Assembly (NCBI GenBank): GCA_025594325.1
Contig: JANHCV010000003.1
Coordinates: 1,798,001-1,862,000, forward strand
Reading direction: 5' to 3'
DNA from: Blastocladiella emersonii ATCC 22665
Taxonomy: Eukaryota; Fungi; Blastocladiomycota
Length of the DNA: 64,000 bases
The position numbers and the translations under genes were made by a program. Within the stretch, counting starts at the first letter, position 1; every line of letters begins with the position of its first letter. Below the pieces are notes generated by a model. That model was given only the letters and a program-made list of their open reading frames with translations. It ran no database searches and was not told the DNA's origin. Shown piece after piece: positions 12,701-25,982 of the stretch.

Positions 12701-15700
12701 CGCAACCACTGGCGCAAGGCAAACAACCCGCACGACTGCTTCCTCTTCTACCTCGCGCTCGGCAAGCGCAAGCTCATGCAGACGCTGTGGAAGCAGGCCA
12801 ACGGGCACCCCGAGCAGCAGGTCATGTCCAACTTCCTGAGCCAGGAGCCCTCGGATAAGTGGCGCAAGGCCGCGCTCAAGAACGCGTTCGTCCTCCTCGG
12901 GAAGCAGCGGTTCGAGCTCGCCGCGTGCTTCTTCCTGCTCGGCGACTCGCCCAACGACGCCGTCACCGTGTGCCTCCGCAACCTCGCCGACCCGCAGCTC
13001 GCCCTCCTCATCGTCAAGCTCCTCGGCAACCCGCTCCCGCCCATCGTCGACCTCCTCCGCCAGTCGCCGCACGTCAACCTCGACAACCCGTGCTTCCCCA
13101 TCATGCTCGACTGGATGGCCGGGTCGCGTATCGTGAACATGGCCCGCATCACCTCGCCCTCCACCCTCCTCCTCTACCAGTCCATCGAGGCCAAGCTCCA
13201 GTCCCAGTTCCTCACCTCGTCGACCGCCACCCGCGCCGAGCGCAGGATCGGCGTGTGTAACGCCATCGCGTGGTACCACGCCCGCGGCGCGGCGTACTTT
13301 AACCGCGTCCTCGTCGAGACTCTGCCCGCGCTGGCCGCGGGACTCGCGAGTGGATCGGGTGGTGGGGCTGATGAGTTTGGCGCGGATGCAGAAGGCAGTG
13401 CGGGCGGCGGCGACGATTTCGCGGCCATGTTTGGCGGGCTCGGGAACGACTTGCCGCCGACGTTCGGCGGCGGAGGCGGCAGAGGCGGGCTGTTCGGGGA
13501 CGATGATGATGGATTGTTCGGCGGGCGAAGCAAACCCATGGCCGACGACCTGTTCGGCGGCAGCGGCGGCGGCGATACCGCGGACGACCTGTTTGGCGGC
13601 CCGTCAACGCGCAGTACCGGCGGCGGCGGTCTCTTTGACAACGATCCAGAGCCACCACGGTCAACCTCGCCGCCGGCACCCGCAGCCGCCCCCGAACCGA
13701 CGGGCCCGCTCGTCTCAGACGACGAGGTCGCGCTGACGCGCCGCGCCGACCACCTGCTGACGCTGTGGCCCGCGCTCAAGTCGATCCACAAGGTGGCGAC
13801 CACGGGGCTCGCGCAGGACCTGTACTTTGACGACTACGCGCGGCACGCGCTCGACGCCGCGTACCCGGGCGCGGACCTCGCGCAGGACCTGGCTATCTTT
13901 GACCGGCTCGCGTGGCAGACGCTCGCGCCGCACCTCGACGCCGCGCGCGCCAAGGCGCTCCGCGTCGACCTCCTCCTCGCGCTCGAGTTCCGCGTGCTCC
14001 ACCACCTCAACGGCGCGCACGAGTACCCGCCCGAGCTCGTTACCGCAGCGACGCGGTGCCTGCACGTTCTCGCGAGCGTGCACGTCCCGCCCGTCCACGG
14101 GTGCGCGAGCGGCGCGAACGCGGGCGACGCGGCGCTTTTCGCCGGGATCGAACTGTTCCCCGCCCACGTCGTCGCGCTCGCCGTCGTCCTCGTCGCGCAT
14201 CTCATCCTCGCGCGCCCGACGTACCGCGCGCTCGCCGCGATCCTGCGCCATTTCGTCCACGCGCTCAGCCCCGCGGCGTCGCCCGCGGCCGTCCGCGCCA
14301 TGTACGCCGAGGTCATTGAGAATCTCGGAGATGTGCCGTCGTCGCACCACCACGTCCTCGAGTACCTCGCCCTGCGCACGCTCGCCCACGATATCCAGGG
14401 GTTCGTCGACGAGCACGCCGGCGAGATTGCACCCGATACCCTGCGCATGCTCGCCGACGTGTGCCTCCCGCAGCTCACGCACCTCGCGCGCCGGATCCAC
14501 GCGCGCGTGCATGCGGAACCTGACGGTGCTATCGTCCACTCGCCCGCCGACGACTGGCTGTCCGCCGCGCAGCAGGAGCTGTTTGAGGCGCTGCGCTGGA
14601 ACAAGGCGTGGCTCGACGATCTGCGCGCCGCGGCGCCCGCGGGATTGGGTGCGGAGGTTGCGGTGGCCGCGGATGCTGCTGGTGCTTCAAGGCCAGCGTC
14701 ACCGCCCACGACGCCGTTCCAGTGCAAGGTCGACATGCTGTTCAAGCAGGACGCGGCCATCTACTCGCTCGCGCTCGGCCCCGCGCAGTCGACGCTCATC
14801 GCCGGCACCCAGCGCGCGGTCCTCGAGATCGACGTCGAGCGCGCGTACCGCGGGTGCAACGCCGAGGCCACCCTGCCGCCCGCCGGCGCGGTCGGGTCCA
14901 GCAGCGGGTCGCCCGGCACCGAGGAGTCGACCCGCGCACCAACCCCCTCCGCCGCCGCGGCCGTCTCGACGCTCGGCGCCGACCTGCTCAAGAAGGTCCA
15001 ACAGATCCCGCGGAGCACGTCCGACCAGGGCCAGCTGTCGCTGACGGCCGCGGGCGGCGCAGATGCCGGCGTCCTCGCCGCGTACCCGTCCACGGGCGGC
15101 GCGCAGGTCGCGAGTCACCCGGCCCTCGCGCACTACGTCGTCGCGGACGCCGTTGACGGGACCACGGTCCTCTCGCTCAACGCGTACGGCGGGCGCGCGG
15201 ATGTCGTGCGCGTCGCGTACGGCGCGGCTAAGGTCAACCGGCTCGAGCTCGACGCGGTCGGCGGGCGCGTCGCGGTCGCCGACGGTACGGGCGAGGTCGC
15301 GATTCTTGGGATTCCGACGTTGCGGATGTACTCGGTACTGTTCACGGCTTTCGATTGCTGCGCTTTGAGTGCGTGACTGACGCGTTCGTACAGGCCTTCC
15401 CGTGTCACACTCGCGCGACGCACGATGTGGTGTTCTACGGGTCCAGCACCGTCTTCGTCTCGGCGGGTTCGTCGCCCGGTCACCTGTACGAAACGCTGCT
15501 CGGTAACGCTGTCACGTTCTTGTGCTCACAACTCTACGTTACGCGAGTAGGAACAACGTCGCGCTGTGGGACACGCTCCTCCCGAGCCACGCTGCGCGCG
15601 TCCGCGGGTACCACCTCCACGAGTCTGGCGCAACGGCCATCGCGTACAACGGCAACCTCGTGTTCTCGGGCGGCAAAAAGGGCGAGATTCGTACGTTGCT

Positions 15701-16117
15701 GACCCATGCGCTCCTCGTCCAGCGGAAAACCTGACGGTCGAAACACACTCTGATGTAGACGTTCTCGACATGCGACACTCGCGCCCGCTCTGCTCGCTCC
15801 CCGCGCACGGGAGCACCGTCAGCTGTCTCGCCGTATCGCCGCCTCCATCCTCACACCGCCGCGAGTCGGCTGGCGGGTTCGGGTCCGCGCCGATCCTGTA
15901 CTCGGGCTCGACGGACGGCACGCTCAAGATCTGGGACCTTGCGACCGCGTCGCCATCCGAAGTCGCCGCGTTCAAGAACCTGCACACGCCGCGTAAGTTC
16001 CTGTCCGCGTCGCTCGCCCAGCTGCCCGTCTCGTCGCTCGGCATCACGCGGATCGTCGCGGGCGACGGGTACGTCGTCACGGCTGGCGCGGACGGCGTGG
16101 TCAAGTGGCTGCACTAG
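9705..16117 (+). CDS. RAV1: RAVE complex subunit Rav1 / DMXL-rabconnectin-3 alpha, WD40 protein with introns
   Basis: Rav1p_C motifs NPHDCFLFYLALGK, KWRKAALKNAFVLLGKQRFELAACFFLL and DAVTVCLRNLADPQLA; N- and C-terminal WD40 repeats. The start codon is approximate. Confidence 0.9.
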
Positions 16118-16348
16118 GTGCCGAGATGTTATTTATTCGTTCTTGTATCTGGGCCATTCTGGATCCGAAGGCGGAAGCTGTTGGTTGACCTTGGCCATGA
16201 GCGCGGCTACGCCAGCACGTGACAAGGTCGACCGAGTGCGCCGGGGCGCGGCCACGATCGCGGGCGCGCGAGCGAGAACGAAAACAAGAACAAGTTGTGT
16301 GGAAACAATAATTGTACAGCTAGTTCACCAAAATACTATCAACTTCTA

Positions 16349-18714
16349 CTACGCGCTGCCCTCCTCGGCCTTGCGCAGGCGCTCCTCCTCGTCGAGCCAC
16401 GGGATCCACTCGTTGAGCTGCTCGGGCGTCGGCTTCGGCTTGGTCGGGTTGATGCGGTGGAACTCGGCCACGGCCTCGGGCGCCGTAGGGACCACGTCGG
16501 GCGCGGGCGTCCACGGCCGGTGCGACTCGACGCCGTGGTGCCGCCAGTAGATCTTGTACTTGATCCGGCCGTACGCGTCCTTGGTGCGCGTGTTGACCAT
16601 TGAGTCGACGATCGCCTCGACCTCGAACTCGTCCTCGTCAAAGTCGGAACCTGCGTGCATGCAGCATCCCGTCCCGCGGCCGCCACCGGCCTCGTCGTCC
16701 TTGTCGCTGCTACTGCCGCTACCGCTCGAGGACTCGGCGTCGGGCTTGCGCTTGCGTGGCGATGATGGCGTGGGCTCGGGCCCGTACGGGTCGCGGTGCA
16801 GGAGAATGTCGCCGAAACAGATCGGCGCCCGCGCCATGGCCCACTGCGCATGTGCCTCCCACGCCTGGTTCGCGGGCGTCGGCGTCCACAGGGGAATCTC
16901 GGAGAGCGGCGTCGAGGGAGCGGGCTCCGACTCGTGCAGCTTGGCGAAGTCTGCGTCCGAGACCGACTCGCGGACGCGCTTCCGCGGGCGCAGCGGTACG
17001 TCCTTGCGCATGTCCGCAGGGACGAGCCCGTTGAGCTCGGGCGGGTACTCGATGCGCGCGGCGCGGACCAGCGACCCAATGTCGGCGGCCAGGCGCATGA
17101 GCCACGGGAGGTCGGCGGGCGTGAAGCCGAACGCGTCGAGCAGCGTCTTGAAGTTGTGGCAGCGGAGGTTGATGACGGCTAGGGGTACAACGATGAGCTC
17201 TCCTCGAATCAGCGACGACGACAAGGAAAGCGGATACGTACCATCAACCGTCTCGCGGCCATACGCCGTGAGAATCCACTCAGCGTGGCGCGACGTGCGC
17301 AGCCACGCGACAGTCGCCTCGACCTCGTGCAGCAAATTGTCGATTTTGGACTTGATTACATCGAAATGCCAAACGTCAGGGCAACCGCGGCCAGAGTAAA
17401 GCTGCTCTTCCAGGTATTCTTGGACCTTGAACACGAGCATGACACGATCGTTTGACTTGGGTAGCGTGTTGCGCCATTTGGCGCCGTAGCGGTTCCGCAC
17501 GAGCCAAGCTGGAAGCATCTTTCTCAGCTTGTTCACGTCTTCCCGGAACGTGTGATTCTGTGGTGCCTTCCCACCAGTCGATTTTCTGGGGGGCGGTCGC
17601 CACGAGAAGTAACGTGTGGGAGATATAGAAGCGGACCGGGGGCGAGACGCAGTCTGGGAGGATGTGCGGGACGGAGAACGAGAGCGTGGGCGGCCGCGTG
17701 CGTCATTGCGCGCAGAAGGCTGAGGTTGCGGCGCGGCCGCGCACAGCGGACGAGGTGGTGCGATGGCAGGAATATCCGACATGTCCTTATCCACGCTCGT
17801 AAGATCGATGGCTGGAGGGTCAGGCTGGACCAAAGAAAGTGAGGAAGGTTGAGGTTGGGTACGAGGCGCGGCGGGCAGAGTGGTGGTGACGGAGCTGGAG
17901 GCACTGTTTGAGGCGCATGAGTCTGCGTGCTGGCTGGATGCGTTTGGACGAGGAAGCGGCGCGGGCTGCTGCGATTGATCCAGGGGCTCCGCTGAACCGG
18001 GAACAGGTATTAGCGGTTCCGCTGGGGCTACGGGCAACGGGTCCGCCAACGGTTCAAGTTTTGGGGCGACCTTGTGCATCAAAGTCCTGGTCGTTCTGGT
18101 CAAGACCGCTGATGCAGAAGCTCCGTGCGCTTCGACAGCGGTTTGGCCTGGCTCCCGTTTGACAGCAGGCCGATGTTTGACGGAATTGCCAGGCTCCTGT
18201 TTAATCACAGGTGCCGCAAGCGGGTGCAACGGGCCGAGATTTGGGCCCCATAGCTCGAGAAGCCGAGTGTAGAGCGGGAAAATGTGCGGCAGAGCGTCTA
18301 TCGTGTATTCGAGTGTTGAAGTCAGTTGAAATGAGACTAATCTGGAAATGTAGCGTTTGCGTGTGTACCGTCAAATTTCATGCAAGTCGGTTCGCCCAGC
18401 TCGAGTGCGGCAGTGACACGAAGCTGGTGCTCATTCACGAAAGCAGACCGGAGTTCGAGCAGGCGGCTTGCGACCTGTTCCCGCGAGCTTACGACGCCAC
18501 CGCCCGCGGAATCACTCAAGTGGAGGAGAACTTCCTTGCTCAACTCTTCAAAGCGAAAGGCAGACATGTTCTCGGTTAAAAAGTCTTCCACGTCAGCCGA
18601 GCGGTCCTGGAGAAAGACAAGGATCCGGTCGTCGAGCTCGGAGCCCGACCACGCCGGCCGCCGCGAATCGAGGTCCAGCTGATCGTGCAGCGGCGGAAGC
18701 ATGCTTGGGAACAA
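16349..18714 (-). CDS. Chromodomain protein, paralog 2, with an internal H3-tail-like motif (2 introns)
   Basis: Exon 1 WSGSELDDRILVFL..KFDG; RKSTGGKAP at 17561-17587; chromodomain EFEVEAIVDS..KYKIYW..RPW..AVAEF; colinear with paralog 3. Confidence 0.8.
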
Positions 18715-18948
18715 AGTTGCAGAAAGTCCAGCGTGTTTATTTCATGCGAGTAACGTTGCAAGTACGAGTGCGAGGAGGGAACGGACAGGGTGGCGAGGAA
18801 CTCGCCTTGTTTCAGCCCGGACTCCGGCACGCCAGGTCACGAAGTGGCGCAACACGTCCCTCAGCGTCGGCAGGAGGGCGGCGCGAACCCGCTCCGAGGG
18901 AGCCATACGAGAACTAGGTATAATCGGATAGATCCATGTCACAAACCC

Positions 18949-21104
18949 TCAGGCCTCGTCTTCTTCGGCCTTACGCTGCCGCTCCTCCTCGTCAAGCCAC
19001 GGGATCCACGCGTTCATGTGCTCAGGCGTCGGCTGCGGCTTGCCCGGGTTGAGCTGGTGGAACTCGGCCACGGCCTCGGGCGCCGTGGGCGCCGTCAAGT
19101 GAGAGGGCGTCCACGGCCGCTTCTTGTCCACGCCGTGATGCCGCCAGTAAATCTTGTACTTGAAGCGCTGAAACGGATCCGTACTCTTGGTGTTGATCAT
19201 TGAGTCGATGATCGCCTCGACCTCAAACTCGTCCTCAGCGAACTTCGCGCCCGCCTGCTTGCACCCAGATGCTGACTGGCTATCGCCGCGACGCTGCATG
19301 TTGGCCAAAAAAGCAGGATCGGGCTCGTACGGGTCGCGGTGCAAGAGAATGTCGCCGACATTGATCGGTGCATGGACTGCCGCCCACTGCGCCAGCGGCT
19401 CCCACATTTGGTTGGCGGGTGTCGGGGTCCACAACGGGATCTTGGATATCGGCGGAGCAGCGGGCTCCGACTCGCGAAGCTTGGCGAGGTCCGCATCGGC
19501 GACCGAGCGCCGGACGCGGTCGCGCGAGCGGAACGGCACGTCCTCGCGCGTGTCACCGGGGACGATGCCGTTGAGCTCGGGCGGGAACTCGATACGCGCA
19601 GCGTGAACAAGCTGGCTGATGTCCGCCGTCGACTGCAGGAACCACGGCAAGTCCGCCGACGTGTACCCAAACGCGTCGAACAGCGACTTGAAGTTTGGGC
19701 AGCGGAGGTCGAGGACAGCTAAACGCGCGAGTGCAATTTGCGATGAGTTATCGTTTAATTTGGGAACAGCGAGGCATGTCAGACCGTACCATCGACCGTT
19801 TCGCGCCCATAAGCCGTGAGAATCCACTCGGCGTGTCGCGAAGCGTGCAACCACTCGATTGTTTCCGCAACCCCGCGCAGGAGTTTATCGATTTGATCGC
19901 TGATCATTTCGCGCTCCCAGAGATCATGAGAGCAGTTCGCAGCCCGCGCCATCTCCTCCAAGTTATCCCGGGCGTTGGAGGTTAATTTCCTGCGCGAGCG
20001 TGAGTCCGGCAGCGAAATGCGCCATTTGGCGCCGTAGCGGTTACGAGCGAGCCATGTGGGAAGGAATCTGAGCAGCTCTTTGACCTTTCGCTTGTGCGAT
20101 GGGTCCGATTGCGATGTCTTGAACGGTAGCATTTTTCGCGGTGCCTTACCCCCAGTCGACTTTCGAGGAGCAGGACGCCACGAATAGTACCGCCTGGGAG
20201 ATACAGAGACTGAGCGAGAGCGACCGAGAGCGGCTGAGCGAGCTGCTTCAGACTGACGTTGGGGCGTCACCGCGGACTGCAGTTGAGGGGGCGGGAGCGG
20301 CGAGCGCGGGTCCACGTCCATTGGCTCGCCGTCAGCAGGCTGATGTTGCGGGGCAGCAAGAAGCGAGAAAGGCTGAGGTGTGGCGGGTAGGGCGAGGGCC
20401 GCCGCAGCGGTTCGGCTGTCGAGAGTAGTGGAAGCGCTCGTTGGCCAATTATCACCTTCCGCTGACGGAGACAAGCCCGAGTTAGGCAGGCGTGGTGCTT
20501 GATCGTGAGCCGCAAAAAGCTGATCCGACGGCGGTGGAGACTGTAGTGAGGTAACCTCAGGCTGATCGACTGTCGCGGCCGCGAAAGGGGTCGGCTCGGC
20601 GAGACCAGGCTCCCGCTTGACGGGCGCCTCAAGCGGCGAAAAGGAACCGAGAATCGGGCCCCATAGCTCCAGCAGCCGAGGGTAAAGCGGGAACATTGAA
20701 GGCAGCGCAACTAATGGATCCAAGCAGGTCAGTTGAAAGGGACTGATGCGAAACCCCAAGAGGCCCGTACCGTCAAACTTGGCAAAAGATGGACCATCAA
20801 CCTCCGACGCGGCGCTCGCACGAGCCCGGAACTCGAGCAAGAAAGCAGTGCGAAGCGCAAGCAGCCGACCAGCGACCTGCTGCGGCGGACGCACGACACC
20901 GCCACCAATGGAGCTACGGAGGTGCTCGGTGATCTGCTCACAAAGAGCCTCAAACCGAGCGATAGACGTGCTCTCCGTGACAAAGTCGGTCAGATCGCGC
21001 TTCCGGGTCTGGAGGAAGCTGAGAACCTCGCCGTCGAGATCGGCGTCCGACCAAGCCGGTCCGGCCGGAGGCGGATCCAGGTGGTCGTGGAGCATGGTCG
21101 ACAA
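18949..21104 (-). CDS. Chromodomain protein, paralog 3, with an internal H3-tail-like motif (2 introns)
   Basis: Tandem duplicate of paralog 2 with the same intron positions; RKSTGGKAPRK at 20133-20165; chromodomain EFEVEAIIDS..KYKIYW. Confidence 0.8.
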
Positions 21105-21357
21105 GGATAAGGTTGCAGCAAGTTTCGGTGACTTAATTCATGGGTTTGCGTCGCGAGCATTGGCGCATTGGAGCGAGTGACTTGGCTGAGCCGGACGCGA
21201 AGTTGGCTCGGCGGTCCATCACGCCGTGGCGCAACGCTGGCCTTGAACTCGCTGTCATGGTTTCAGGACCGCCAACATCCTCCCTCAAGTAACCGTGTGG
21301 AAGTGCCGGAAAGCGAGGTATCTATCTATTCGTTCATGTAATCGCCCGCCTACTTCG

Positions 21358-24300
21358 TTACATCTGCGCCGTAAACACTTGCTGAATGATACTAGGCAAG
21401 TGCTGCGTCGTCTCGGCAAGGAACGCCTTGCCCGGGGGCAGCGCGCGCTTGAGCTCCTCGGCCTCGCGGCCGAGCGTGCCGATCAGGACCATAGCCGCGT
21501 GCACGTCGTTGCCGCCGATCGTGAGTGCGCGGGCGACCGAGCGCGGCGCGATATCGTAGCGGCGGAGGTTCGCGTCCGAGATGACGATGACGATGCTCGT
21601 GTCGTACATCTCGGCCTCGGCCGCGAGCTCGCGCACGGCCTTCTGGGTCGCCTCGAGCGTGTGGTCGCCGGCCCAGCAGTACTGCGAGTGCGCGACGAGC
21701 GTCTCGAGGACCTTGAACTGGTCCTTCTCGTGGCGCGGCGGGTTCTTGGCGTCGACGAGCGGGATCTGCGGCGAGTCGCCTGAGTGCGCGACCATGTCCC
21801 ACGTCAGCGTGGCCGCATCGACGCCGGCCAGCGCCTCCATGAGCATCACGGCGCACTCGAGCGACCGCGTGAGCCGGCCGTCGACGCCGTTGAACCGGTA
21901 CATGGACGCGGACGCGTCGAACACGACGCGCAGGCGTTTCGGCAGCTTGCCGCGACGGTCGTCGGCGGCCGCCGGGTCGGCGACACCGCGCCTCTTGAAC
22001 ACGGCGTGCTCGCCCGCGAGCCCGTCCACGAGCTTGGCGTCGTCGAGCTCGCCGTCCGTCTGGTGCCGCAGCCACACGCGCTCGTCGTCCTTGTTTGACG
22101 GGAGCGCGAGGACGACGCGGCGGAGCCGGTGCACGTGCCCGGCGACGGCGTTGCGCAGGTCCGTGTACGCGCGCATCTCGCCGTCGGCCATCCCAATCTC
22201 AGCGAGCCGCCGCGCGAGCGCGTCCTGGCCCATCTCGCGCGCCGCCTGCCGGATGTGCTCGGGGACGTTGGCCTTGACCTCGTCCGAGACCTGGTGCACA
22301 TCGTGCCCGGCGTCTAGCCGGTATGGCCCGCCGATCCCGCCAAGCCCCGCCGTGTCGCGGCCGCCGGTCCCGCCCGCCCACGTGTTGCCGCCAACGTGCG
22401 GGTTGTTGTTTGGGTCGACCTTGCCGTGCTTGGGCGCCGACGTCGACGTTGGCCCGTGGTTCTTCTGAATCTCGAGCCGCTGCCTCTTGGCCGCGGTGGA
22501 TGTGGGCGCGACCACGTCGACGAGCGAGTACCCCGGCATTGTGAGCCCGTGCCGCGCGAGCGTCGGGAGGACTACCGCCGCGAGCTCGTGCGCGTGCAGG
22601 TCAAAGTCGAGCACGTCGCGCAGCGCGTCGGCCGGCGAGTCGTTCGGGAACATGTCGAGGTGGCGGACGAGCGCGAGGAGTTCCTGGAGGCGGAGTTTGC
22701 AGCGTGAGCGAGTGTGACGTGAGGAAGTGATGCAGGAGAAATCGTACACGGAGACTGAACGGGTACGACACGGTCCCCTCGTCGAACGCAACGCGGAGCT
22801 CCTGGAAAGCCGCGACGAGCGACTTGAGCGTCGACTCGGCGAGCGACGGCGCCGCCTTGCGCAGGACGGCGAGCTCGGAGGCGGCGTCGAGGTTGTCGAC
22901 GGGGTGGCTAGAACGCATTCGCGTGAGTGTGTAGCCAAATTGCGAGCGAGCGACTTGACGTACCAGCTGAACACGTCGCCGATCGCGCCGATAAAGTCGT
23001 TGCCCATGAACGGCCAGCCGGGCTTGTTGGCGAGAAGGATGAGGCGGAAGTCCTGGCCACGCGGAGCGAGTCAGTCATCCCACTTGTCGGTGTCGGGCAA
23101 GGAAAAGCAGCGTACCGGATGCATGACAATGTCGCGCGGCCCAGCGTCAGCAGCATCGCGAACGACGCGGACACCGTTGGTCAGCGTCATCTCGCCGGCC
23201 TCGGCGAGACTCTTGAGGATCGATACGACGTGAACGGGGGCTACGCGACACGAAACAGTCAGCGTCGACGGATCCCCCACCGCAGAAATCCACGCGTACC
23301 CTTGTCGGCCTCGTCAATCACCGCCACATGCCCAAGCTTGATAGCCGCAACGAGCGGCGAGTCGCGGTACACGAGCACGCCGTTCTCGATGACGGGGACG
23401 ACGAGGAGCGATGACACGGTCGAGTCGCGGTGCAATTGCATGTACTGTCGCGCGCGCCCGATCTTGGCCAGGAACCAGTCGGCCGTCGCGTTCTTGCCAG
23501 TGCCCTGCGTCCCGCAGGCGAGGAGGTGCTCGCCCGCGGCCCAGTCGTACGCGAACGAGGCGAGGAGCTGCGCGTGCTGCGGGTTCAGGTGGAAGGACGG
23601 GACGTGCGGGATCAGCGACGGGTCCTGCGGCGCGGTCGCGGGCGGTACCGGCGGGAAGGCCGGGATCGTGTCGCTGTTGCGCTGGAGCGCGGGCTGGACG
23701 CCGAGGCGGTTCAGGGTCTCATCGAAGGCGCGGCGCACGAACGGCGGCACGAACGAGGTCAGGAACACGCGGTGCAGCTCGGCGCGGATGTCGTCGCTCG
23801 CGTCGTTGCCGCGGCCGCGAGCGAGGCGGATGAGTTGGCTACAATTGGCGAGAGGTGAGACTTGTGCGATGCGGCTGTGCGATGAGAGCGCGTACCGCAG
23901 GGTCAGCGTGTTCTTGAACACGTCGTGGTTGCGGAACTCGGCCGCGACGTTACACAGCATCGTGGCGCGCTTGGCGTCGCACTTGGCGACACGGCGGACG
24001 ATCTCGGCCTGCTCGGCGGGCGACGGGTCCGGCAGCGTGACGCAGCGGAACATCTCGCGGACGTCGTCCGAGAACCACGCGAGGTCGGCCTTCTTGACCG
24101 ACGCCGCGCCCTCGTCGTCGCTGAGCGCGGCACTCGGGACGGTCGCGACGGCGACGACGCGGAAGCTCGGGTGGATCACGCGGATCCCGTCAGGCAGTAC
24201 CCCGCCGTTCTCGCCCGCGAGCCGGTCCGCCTCGGTGCGGGCCACGAGGCGCGAGCCGTCGGGGAGCACCGTGTCGCGGTCGAGGACGAGCCGGGCGAGA

Positions 24301-25982
24301 CTCGCGAGCGCGCCGGGGTCGAGCGCCTCGACGCCGTCAAGGATGCACAGGTCGCCCGTGATCGCAGCGGCGACGAGCGACGAGTCCTCCCACGTCGTGT
24401 TCCCGTCGTTGTCCGTGGCGCGGCGCTGCAGCAGGTCGCGCGCGTGCATGTCGCGGTACACGTAGAAGGCGCGGCCGTGCGCGTACCCGAGCCGCGACGC
24501 GACGTGCGCGACGAGCCGGCTCTTGCCCGACCCGCGCGACCCGACGACCAGTACGTCGCCGAGCGAGTGCGCCTTGAGCAGGTCGGCCTGCGCGCGCTGC
24601 ATCCGCGGCGTCAGGATCACGGGCGCGTCGGCGCGCGTCGGCGGCGAGTGCGCGCCTGCGGGGACAGTGGTGGTCGGGCCCGACTTGCCGATCTGGACGG
24701 AGGCGGTCAGGGCGCCGACATCGTGGGTCACGGAAACCGCGGGCGGCTTGGCGGACGACGGCGGGACGATGGCGTTCTTGGTCAGGAGGAGGCCGAGCGC
24801 GTCCCGCTGGGCGCGGTTGAGGGCGAACGCCGGGTAGACAAGGCGCAGGTGCTCGGCAACGTGGTCTGCGGGACACGTCTGCACGAGGCGCGCGAGGGCC
24901 GACTTGGCCGTCTGCGGGAACCGCGGGAGGTCCGCGGCGTCGGCGCCGAGGTGCGCGAACTGGACCGTGTCGATGAGATCAAGCGCGCGGCGGAGATCGG
25001 TGCCCTCAGCCGCCGCCTTGACGGCAACGGGGCCCCAGTACCCGTTGACCTCGCCGTCAACGTACCGCGCGGCGAAACGCGAGCGGAACGGCGGGTCAAG
25101 CGGGCTGCCCTTGAACTTGGGCACGGGCGACCCGAGCGCGATGACGCGGAAGTGCTCGGACGTGGGCACGAGGTGGTCGACGCGCACGCCCGCCTCGCGT
25201 AGGGCGTCGGAGCGCGCCGGATGAACGAGGACACGGCCGTCGTCGAGCGTCATCTCGCGGTTCTCGAGCAGGTTGTTGAGGACCGGAAGCACGTTGCGCT
25301 CGGCCTTCTCGACGCCGTCGAGGATCAGCACGCCGCCGAGCGTCGCGGCACGGACAGCGGGGCCGTCGGTCCACACGACGCGCTCGACGGGTGTCTTCTG
25401 CACCTCGCGGCGCTGCTTCATGTCCGCGTCGCCGGAAATGTCGCGGTGAAGCGTGATGTACTCGACTAGACGAGTGGTGCGACGAGTGAGGTCCGGTTGC
25501 GATGCGGAGCGCGCGAGTTGTCTTTGTACCTGAACGCTGCGTCAGATGGCAGTACGCGAGAGCGAGCTGGCGCTTGAGGGGACCGGGAGGACTGCACGCC
25601 AACACGGATCAGTTCAAGTCATCGGCGCTGCAGCGCAGTGCCCAGCGTACCCGACGAGAAAGAGGTCCTGGCCGATGAGGTCCTTCTTCATCATCCACTG
25701 AAGGTGCTCCAGGATGATCTGGTCCGCCGCCATGTCGATGGCGGTCGGCGCGCCAGGGACCGCGGCAAGAATCGGCGGCGGTCGGAGCGGGACTGTCACG
25801 TCGCCAATCGAGACGGACGATGGCGAGATGGCTCGCGACGCTAGATGACAGGGTAGCGGCAGGCTGGATCAGCTCGAGATGCGCAAGTGTCGCTGGCGAG
25901 CGGCCCTACCGAGCCCACGGCCAGCATTGCCGCGGACCAGGTGCCGCGACATTTGCGACAGCCGGCGCAAGGCGGACGACAT
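21358..25982 (-). CDS. VWA8: von Willebrand factor A domain-containing protein 8 (AAA+ ATPase), multi-exon
   Basis: HLQWMMKKDLIGQDLFLVG, LDGVEKAERNVLPVLNNLLENREM, Walker A motifs GSRGSGKS and GTQGTGKN, KHGKVDPNNNPHVGGNTWAGGTGGRDTAGLGG, and a C-terminal VWA domain (DASASMYRFNG). Confidence 0.93.

Noticed and set aside
17561-20165. Histone H3 genes or pseudogenes
   Set aside because: No ARTKQT start or histone fold, and the motif is in frame inside longer spliced ORFs
23925-25202. Long antisense or alternate-frame ORFs (also 10481-12172, 26128-27357, 28792-30492, 55642-57687)
   Set aside because: Shadow ORFs expected from GC3-rich codon usage of the real overlapping genes; Arg/Gly/Ala-rich with no motifs
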